Shown here piece after piece: positions 56,643 through 64,000 of a DNA stretch of 64,000 nt. Source of the stretch: Eledone cirrhosa (Eukaryota). Location of the stretch: positions 46,438,001 to 46,502,000 of the forward strand of contig OZ024747.1 in the NCBI GenBank assembly GCA_964016885.1. The letters run 5' to 3'. How positions within the stretch are numbered: the stretch's first letter is position 1; each line of letters opens with the position of its first letter. The position numbers were made by a program, and so were the translations under genes. Under the pieces are notes generated by a model that made no database searches, had not been told where the DNA came from, and was given only the letters and a program-made list of their open reading frames with translations.

Positions 56643-58264
56643 TAGAAGTAAGGTAAATAACTTCACAAATATCAGTTTCCGTCTTGGCTTTCATCACATC
56701 GTTACCTATGTAAGTATCAATTGTCTGGTCGTATTTATGAAACCTCGTTTATTATGCTAACCAATAAATTACCATTATTATTTCTTGTGATTCTAACCAT
56801 AATCTTTATGATACTCAAATTCTTACACTATGCTTATTATATACAAATGTTCCTGTAATTTTTAGTGCTGCGCAAATTTAAAATGTATAGATTTTGATTT
56901 GGACTGAAAGACAAATAGGCAGAAATTGCTTTGAGATGGTTAAAGTTCTATAAAAAAAAAGGTGAAAAAAAAAATGCTGAAAAAAAAAAATACAAAATCT
57001 ATAATTTTTTTTTTTACTAGCAAATGTGTTTATACAAATTGTTCGTGCAATATTTATTTTGTGTCAAATTATAGTTTCCTTTTTAAAAGAGTATCACACG
57101 TGCAAATATATAATGCCGCAAGCACGAACGCACGCGCGCACACACACACACACGCGCGCATGTACACACGCATACACGCACACACGCACTCATACATACT
57201 CACATTCACACACACACACATGCACACACTCGTAAACACACACACATACACAGAGCATAACACTATTTCTTTTATAAGAAAAGATAGATCATGATTATTG
57301 TTAACGGATTATGGTCTAGTGGTCTGTTAGCTTTCTGTAAATTGGCCTTAGTTATTGCGAGAGAAAGACAGTTTACTGACAAACATTTGAAAAATGAAAG
57401 AAGCAGGGAGCACCGTAGTGGTAATCGTGATGCAAAACAATAAATATGCCAAAAAGGAATTTGATATAGTACTGATGTTTATGCTGTTGATGCTGTTAAA
57501 ACCTGACATGCCCGCCAAATCATTTTGTACCACACATCAAATATGTATGTGCGTAATTCACGCCATTAGCACGTCCCTGAACATAATATTCATTTTATTT
57601 GCTACATTTCCAACTCACTAAGCAGCAATAAGTTCATATATTTTCTATTTATCAAAATTTATACTTAAGAAAATATGAGACCCCGCTTTAAAACCACTGT
57701 GAAACGACGGCAAATACCGAAATTTCAAATTTGATGTTTCTTTACATTAGCATTCCGTCCAAGGAATGGTATGTTAGCAGGCATTTTGCCTCTGAATTCT
57801 TCTCATATATTCAAGTTATATGAATAGATCCAGTAAGAGAAAGAAAGGACAAAAACTGGAGAAACCTTTATTATTGCATTTTAGTGTATTCATATTCGAA
57901 AGAATGAATGAATAGTCAGACATAATAACTGTGTGGAAAGGTTGCATCACGCTATCCGTTCTTAAATTAGTTGTTAACATTTCTCTGTGTGGAAATTAAT
58001 TGATGTTCTATAGAAAGTGGAAGCTATGACCACGAAAAGAAAATTATCTACGAAAGAAGAATTATTATTCGCTGGAGACACCAAAAACGTAATCATTAAT
58101 TCCATGCATATATAGCGCGCAAATAACTGCGACGCGAAATATGACCGTGATGTATTTGACTGAGATATAGTTATCTCATGGCTGAAGACGATATCCACCA
58201 GGTGTTTGACAGAGTATGTGTGTAATGAGACTGATATTGGATGCTACAAACACACACCCACACA

Positions 58265-58322
<58 letters not shown>

Positions 58323-58719
58323 CACGCACACGCACACACACATGTTAAATGAATCAACCATGGGACCTCCAAGTGATTCCTCTACTTGCAAGAAATAGCC
58401 GCTATCCTCCCCTCAAATGTGCTTACTACCGTGTTCAGTATGAACCAATTAGATAATACAAGAATGTGAAATTTCTTGATTATTTTTCTACACATTAAGA
58501 GGTTCAGCAATGTGTAATATGTATAAAACAAGTAGAACCATACTCTGGTTTCTGAGCAGTTTAAAGTCATTATGATCCTTAGCCAGATCTGAAATTTAAA
58601 TGACTAAATTTGATAATTGGTTCAGGGTACATACAAAATATAGGCCCCAGTTCAAATTTTAAATTGCTCATGTCCTATTCTATTATTTAATGCTAAAACG
58701 TACCATCAATTAGCTGTAT

Positions 58720-58922
58720 AGGTAGAGGGTGGCACAACATGCGTTGCAGTGTATAGTTATGGCCCTTTACATTCTGAGTTCAAATTCCGTCGAGGCTAGC
58801 GCTACATTTCATCCTTACGGGGACAATAAATTAAAGTACCCGTTATGCACTGAAGCCGATTTAATCGAGTTTCCTCTAACTTTAAAATCCTTGCTTTTGT
58901 GCCAAAAGTAGAAACAATTATT
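58720..58922 (+). mobile_element. Meta-domain SINE, diverged
   Basis: ctgagttcaaattcc..tttcatccttacgggga..aaagtagaaacaatt. Confidence 0.75.
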
Positions 58923-59158
58923 TAATGCTAAAGAGATATTATTTATGTGCTTTTACATGCTAGTACATGGTGAATTTACAAATGCCAAAACATAATTAAG
59001 GGACTGTTGTTGAGCAGTAAGGGCCAAGTTAAACTGGCTGCAGTTCTCCATTCCGAGAAATGTATGAATATATATAGGAATATATATTGTAATTATTGCC
59101 TTTGTTTACATGGAAATAATATGTTTAAGTGTCAAACATTATACATTGCATTATTTTC

Positions 59159-59337
59159 TGGCAGTATCGGTAGAAGGTAGGACGCCATGCTTTCCAGCAT
59201 AGTTACGTCCCTTTACGATCTGAGTTCAAATCCCGCCGAGGTTGACTTTGCCTTTCATCCTTACGGGGTCGATAAAATAAAGTACCAGTAATGCACTGGG
59301 TAATTGCTGGCCTTGTGCCTAAAGTAGAAACAATTAT
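59159..59337 (+). mobile_element. Meta-domain SINE
   Basis: Near-consensus copy. Confidence 0.85.
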
Positions 59338-59628
59338 TTTCGATGTAATACGTGATAATTATGCATGTACAAACGCACGCACACACGCACGCACGCACAC
59401 ACACACACACACATATATGTATATATACGAATGTTTTAATTAGCTACCTCTTACAACTTTTATGTCCACACTTCAATATGCATACATATATATATACACA
59501 CGTGCACACACTCACACACACACACACGCCCCACCCAACCATCCCACATACACACACACACACATATATATACATACACACACACACATATATATATATC
59601 ATCATTGGTAGATGCTACATCAACCCTG

Positions 59629-59659
<31 letters not shown>

Positions 59660-59681
59660 TTAGTCTTCACATTTATTATTA

Positions 59682-59733
<52 letters not shown>

Positions 59734-59858
59734 ATAGGTATGTGTATATATATATAAATATTACATGTTACAATGAAAATAATGCACTGTTTAATGTTTT
59801 GTCAATTAAAGATATTCTTTCCTTGTAAACAAAGGCAATAGTTAGAATTACTATATTT

Positions 59859-60045
59859 GGATTGGCAGTATCGGTAGAGGGTCGGACGCCATGCTTTGAC
59901 GCAAAGAGTTACAGCCCTTTCCATTCTGAGTTCAAATCCCGCCGAGGTTAACTTTGCCTTTCATCCTTACGGGGTCGATAAAATAAAGTACCAGTAATAC
60001 ACTGGTAATTGCTGGCCTTGTGCCAAAAGTAGAAACAATTATCAT
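59859..60045 (+). mobile_element. Meta-domain SINE
   Basis: Near-consensus copy. Confidence 0.85.
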
Positions 60046-60996
60046 TAAGTGTAATATTCTATTCTCCGTGTATTAAAGTGAACCTTTCTAATTCCGTTTA
60101 TAAAAGAACATTTACCTTTAGGGCTGCATGGCAAATTTATTCACAAATGTATATCCTAATTCATAGTAATTTTCTAACACATTTAGTTTACAATATCTCA
60201 GCCAAGACCAAAACCTCATTATCTTTACTTATTCTACTCATAACAATTCTATTACTCTCTGTATTTTTAATACTTCCGTCACATAATACCACAAACATCG
60301 TCATAAATTGGTCAGCAATTTTAGTATTTAGAATTTCCTTCATTGTACGTCTGATTTGACCAGCCATAAGTATGTATTCACTAACTCAACCTCCCGATTT
60401 CCTATCACTATATACTTTTCACCCCAACACTTACGCTCTTATTCGTCTATCGTTTATTTTCCTTTATGAATTTCTTTTTGTAAAGGATACACTTTTGACC
60501 CCACTTAAGCGTTTTATATCTCCTTTTTAAGTCGGATTTTTTAACGATAATTCTTCATAATGTTTCTTTTACTATCTTTATATTCTACTACACTTCCACC
60601 TCTTGACACCCACAAATATCAACATCCACTCGCTCGTTAGCCTCTCGTCTATGATATTTATTCGATTTATACGTGTTAACGCAGGCTTCTTTTTATCATA
60701 TTATTGCTGCTGAATAGAGTTAATGGCTGTGCATTAGTTATTGTTTTGGTTGGACATAGAGATCTTACGTTATTTCATTACCTGTCTTACTTTCATTTTC
60801 AGTATTAAACGCATGGTCCTTTAGCACCACAGATCGTTACTGTTGCTATTACAGCTAAAAACCTAAGTTTTGTAGTTCATGGTCAGTGAGCGATCGATTA
60901 AGGAATAATCCTTCTTATTACATGAATAAATGAAGATATATGCACACGGAAACGCATACACTCACATACACACACACAGAGACACACTCACGCGTG

Positions 60997-61065
<69 letters not shown>

Positions 61066-61296
61066 TCACTTATATATAGATATGCTGATGTATATGTGTG
61101 TGCGAGAAAATATGTACATGTGCGTTAAAAGTAAAAAAAACGAAAATATATTTGTATATCGATAGAGTTTCTGGCGAAAATGTACATACATATATACGGC
61201 GTCGTAAATTGACACTTAGGAACCGATTACTACGAATGTATTCATACAGTACATATAGCAGTACAAAATTCAACATTATATGTGTGTATATACATG

Positions 61297-61343
<47 letters not shown>

Positions 61344-61505
61344 GCGAGGGCCAGTCAAAAAGCAATGCCTTTTGTTTTATTGCAAGAACAATAAAGAGCA
61401 AAACAAAATACATTATACATCAAAATAAAGCTGTACATCAGAGGATCACATTCCGACTTCTGAACATAGTCACTACTTCTTTCGATAGCAACATTCCACC
61501 TTCGA

Positions 61506-61507
<2 letters not shown>
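61344..61507 (+). mobile_element. Mariner-like DNA transposon terminal fragment
   Basis: Begins (t)gcgagggccagtcaaaaagcaatg after (TA)n, resembling mariner CGAGGG..TCAAAAAG termini. Confidence 0.45.
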
Positions 61508-61539
<32 letters not shown>

Positions 61540-61880
61540 GTATAGAAATTGTTTTAGCGAGAAGCTAACAGTATTTCATAACATATATGCGCCTATGTCG
61601 TCAAGATGGGAAAAATAGTTAACGTAAGATGTAGGAAAAATAACACAAACCTATTTCAAAAGAGAATCAGGATATAAATTCATCCACAGAATTTAGTGAA
61701 ATCCAGGGAAAAATCAATAGACCCTTAACTCATGATAAGATAAAGTCTAAAATACTTATCCTTCAATATATATATATATATATGAAAAATATGGGGAGAA
61801 GAATACTGCATGGTTGCACATGGATAACATGTTATAAAATGAGTCCCTCATCAGTGATTTGCCAACGATCATTGGTATTT

Positions 61881-61920
<40 letters not shown>

Positions 61921-61923
<3 letters not shown>

Positions 61924-62676
61924 GAAAAATTGAACAGGGACAGAACAGAGAGGCAGTACAATAAATGTTTATTAAATTCACGCTCAGGAGAGTGGGGGGT
62001 AGGTGGGGGACGACGTTTCGGGCATAAGCCCTTCTTCAGGTGAGAAGTGTGTGGGAGTTCAAAAGGTGTGTAGGGGAGTGGTGGAGAGACATATAGCGAA
62101 AGGAAACGGTGCGTTTTAAAGTTGAGACAGTAAACAGAAAACAAAAAAAAACCGTGGAAGCGAAGAGGCAGTACAGATGTTGGTGGATTGGCAGTATCGG
62201 TAGAGGGTCGGACGTTATGCTTTGAAGCATGGCATAGTATTATCTCCTTGTATGATCTGAGTTCAAATCCCGCCGGGGTTAACTTTGCCTTTCATCCTTA
62301 CGAGGTCGATAAAATAAAGTACCAGTAATGCACTGGGTAATTGCTGGCCTTGTGCCAAAAGTAGAAACAAGTATTAGTTTCACGCTTGAGAGTGGGTTGT
62401 GGGGGACGACGTTTCGAGCATAAGTCCTTCATCAGGAGAAAAGTGGGCAGGAAGTGAGTTCCAAAGGTGTTTGGTGTATTGTGGAAAGACATTAAAAAAA
62501 ATATTTAAAAAAAGGTGGGGGGGAGGTTGGAGAGTAAAAAAATTAAAAAAGAAAAAGAAACAAGTGGTGGAAGAGTGTGAGGCGTATAGGCGTGGTGGTG
62601 GGTGGAGGGGTAGAGGGAGGGGGGGTTCAGAGCGGGGAGGACTGAAGGTGGTGTGTGTGTATGTGTGTAGGTGTAC

Positions 62677-62711
<35 letters not shown>

Positions 62712-63110
62712 GATGTGAATGTGAGAGTTGGGGGAATAACGAGATTCCATGTTCGGGTAATAGGGAAACCGGTGTGTACATGGGGTGGAGGGTGTAAGTC
62801 GGTGTGTGTGTGTGCGTGTGGATGGAGAGGGGACATGCGGGTGGGAGAGAGGTGGCGTGTGGAGTCCGGAGGCTGAGTGTGTGTATGTGGGGATACGCAC
62901 GTGTGTGTGTGTTTATATGTGGTGTGGATGTGTGGTGGCGTGGTGCGAAAATAGTGTAAGTGTTTGTGTGTGTTGCTGTGGTTTTTCCACGGACTGTGAG
63001 ATCAGATGATGGAGATTCTGATTGTAGCAGGGTGGATAGCTGGAACGATGGGACAGTGGTGTAACATCCTGGTATGGTACTGAGGAAGTGGAGAGTCGTG
63101 GGGTGCGTAT
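61921..63110 (-). mobile_element. PLE-like 3' region with two tandem diverged pLTRs, each with a minimal HHR-like core (62009-62039, 62405-62435)
   Basis: CTGAAGA-a-gggc-ttat-gccc-GAAAC-gtc-GTC and CTGATGA-a-ggac-ttat-gctc-GAAAC-gtc-GTC; stem I poorly formed; ends in (TA)n. Confidence 0.6.
62182..62370 (+). mobile_element. Meta-domain SINE between the two pLTRs
   Basis: Family consensus match. Confidence 0.85.
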
Positions 63111-63339
63111 ATATATATATAAGTTTTATATCGAATAATAACAATAATATTCGATTCGTTTGCCGGCAAACAGCCTCATTACGGTAAGTATCGTTCGTTC
63201 CTCAGCTGGAATGAACACATGACGATTGTCATAAAAAAACAGTGTAATGAAGCTGTAAACGAATCGAATCAACCAGTATCCTTCTTGATGACGAGGGCTC
63301 GCGTATCGGCCGAACGCCTCGGCCTCCCTGAGTGTGAGC

Positions 63340-63870
63340 CACATAAATAGCATTGTAGGGCTGTCTTGCCGCCAGAGAGCAGGTCAGTTTCCCGACATGC
63401 CGCTCTCAACGACATATTGAGAAGGAGTCTCGATGCAGCTGGCTTCCCATCAAAACTGGAGCCAGCAAGCCTCGACCACAGTGACGGCAGGCGTCCCGAC
63501 GGAATTATCCTCTTCCTATTCGAAAGAGGTAAATCCCTTATCCGAGACGCCATATGTTTTGACACGAAATCCTCGTCCACCTTAGTCGCTTCGGCCACAA
63601 ATCTCAGCACTGCGGCCCGCAATGCAAATGAAAGGAAGACAAATAAAATATCAGGGATTGTTCTGCCGCTTCCTCTTCGCACCGGGTCACCGTTAAGACC
63701 TCAGGCGTACTTGGCCGCCGTACTGCCGAATTCCTTCACAAGATCGGCACTTTAGCAGCCCGACTGTGGAATGAGACCCACAGGGTGGGGGTGACTGCTG
63801 CAGCACGTATCACTGCCTATTATCCGCGAGAATGCCTCTGCGGTTTTGTTGTCCGCTGGTTGTAGCACCA
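63340..63870 (+). mobile_element. CRE-like non-LTR retrotransposon 3' fragment (RLE domain), degenerate
   Basis: SRHAALNDILRRSLDAAGFPSKLEP..GRRPDGIILF..GKSLIRDAICFDT..; C-terminal IIRENASAVL; homologous to 6897-7790. Confidence 0.78.
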
Positions 63871-64000
63871 ACATCGCTACCATGTAGGCCCCTCCGTTTC
63901 TTTTATGGCCCGCAAATCCTTCATTTCCCCTTCTTTTCCTCACATCTATGGTGTACATAGTCCTTTCCTCTACCTTCTCAAACAGCGAGATCTGGGCTTC

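Overview
AT-rich, microsatellite-dense animal genomic DNA; the SINE types and the (TA)n/(CA)n density are consistent with an octopus-like cephalopod (inference). No host protein-coding gene can be supported, and nearly all listed ORFs are microsatellite artefacts. The window is dominated by Penelope-like retroelements (PLEs) of Naiad type (DKT motif, YRDD RT, C-terminal GIY-YIG) inserted in (TA)n. These include two 5'-truncated RT+EN copies with inverted 3' duplications (675-5954, 30170-33380) and many short hairpin-shaped pLTR-only insertions. Folding by eye finds about 20 type-I hammerhead ribozyme (HHR) motifs from many families, including U3-A8 core variants and variants with a greatly enlarged stem II. 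The most notable item is a non-coding 424-bp tandem array (24083-26277) with a complete HHR and an octamer motif in every unit, i.e. a candidate non-LTR retrozyme (self-cleaving/circRNA) apparently mobilised by PLE machinery. Also present are about 13 tRNA-derived Meta-domain SINEs, CORE/V-type SINEs, two CRE-like non-LTR fragments, RTE-like 5'UTR fragments, MITE/mariner remnants and several minisatellites. All RNA folds were derived by eye and were not computed.
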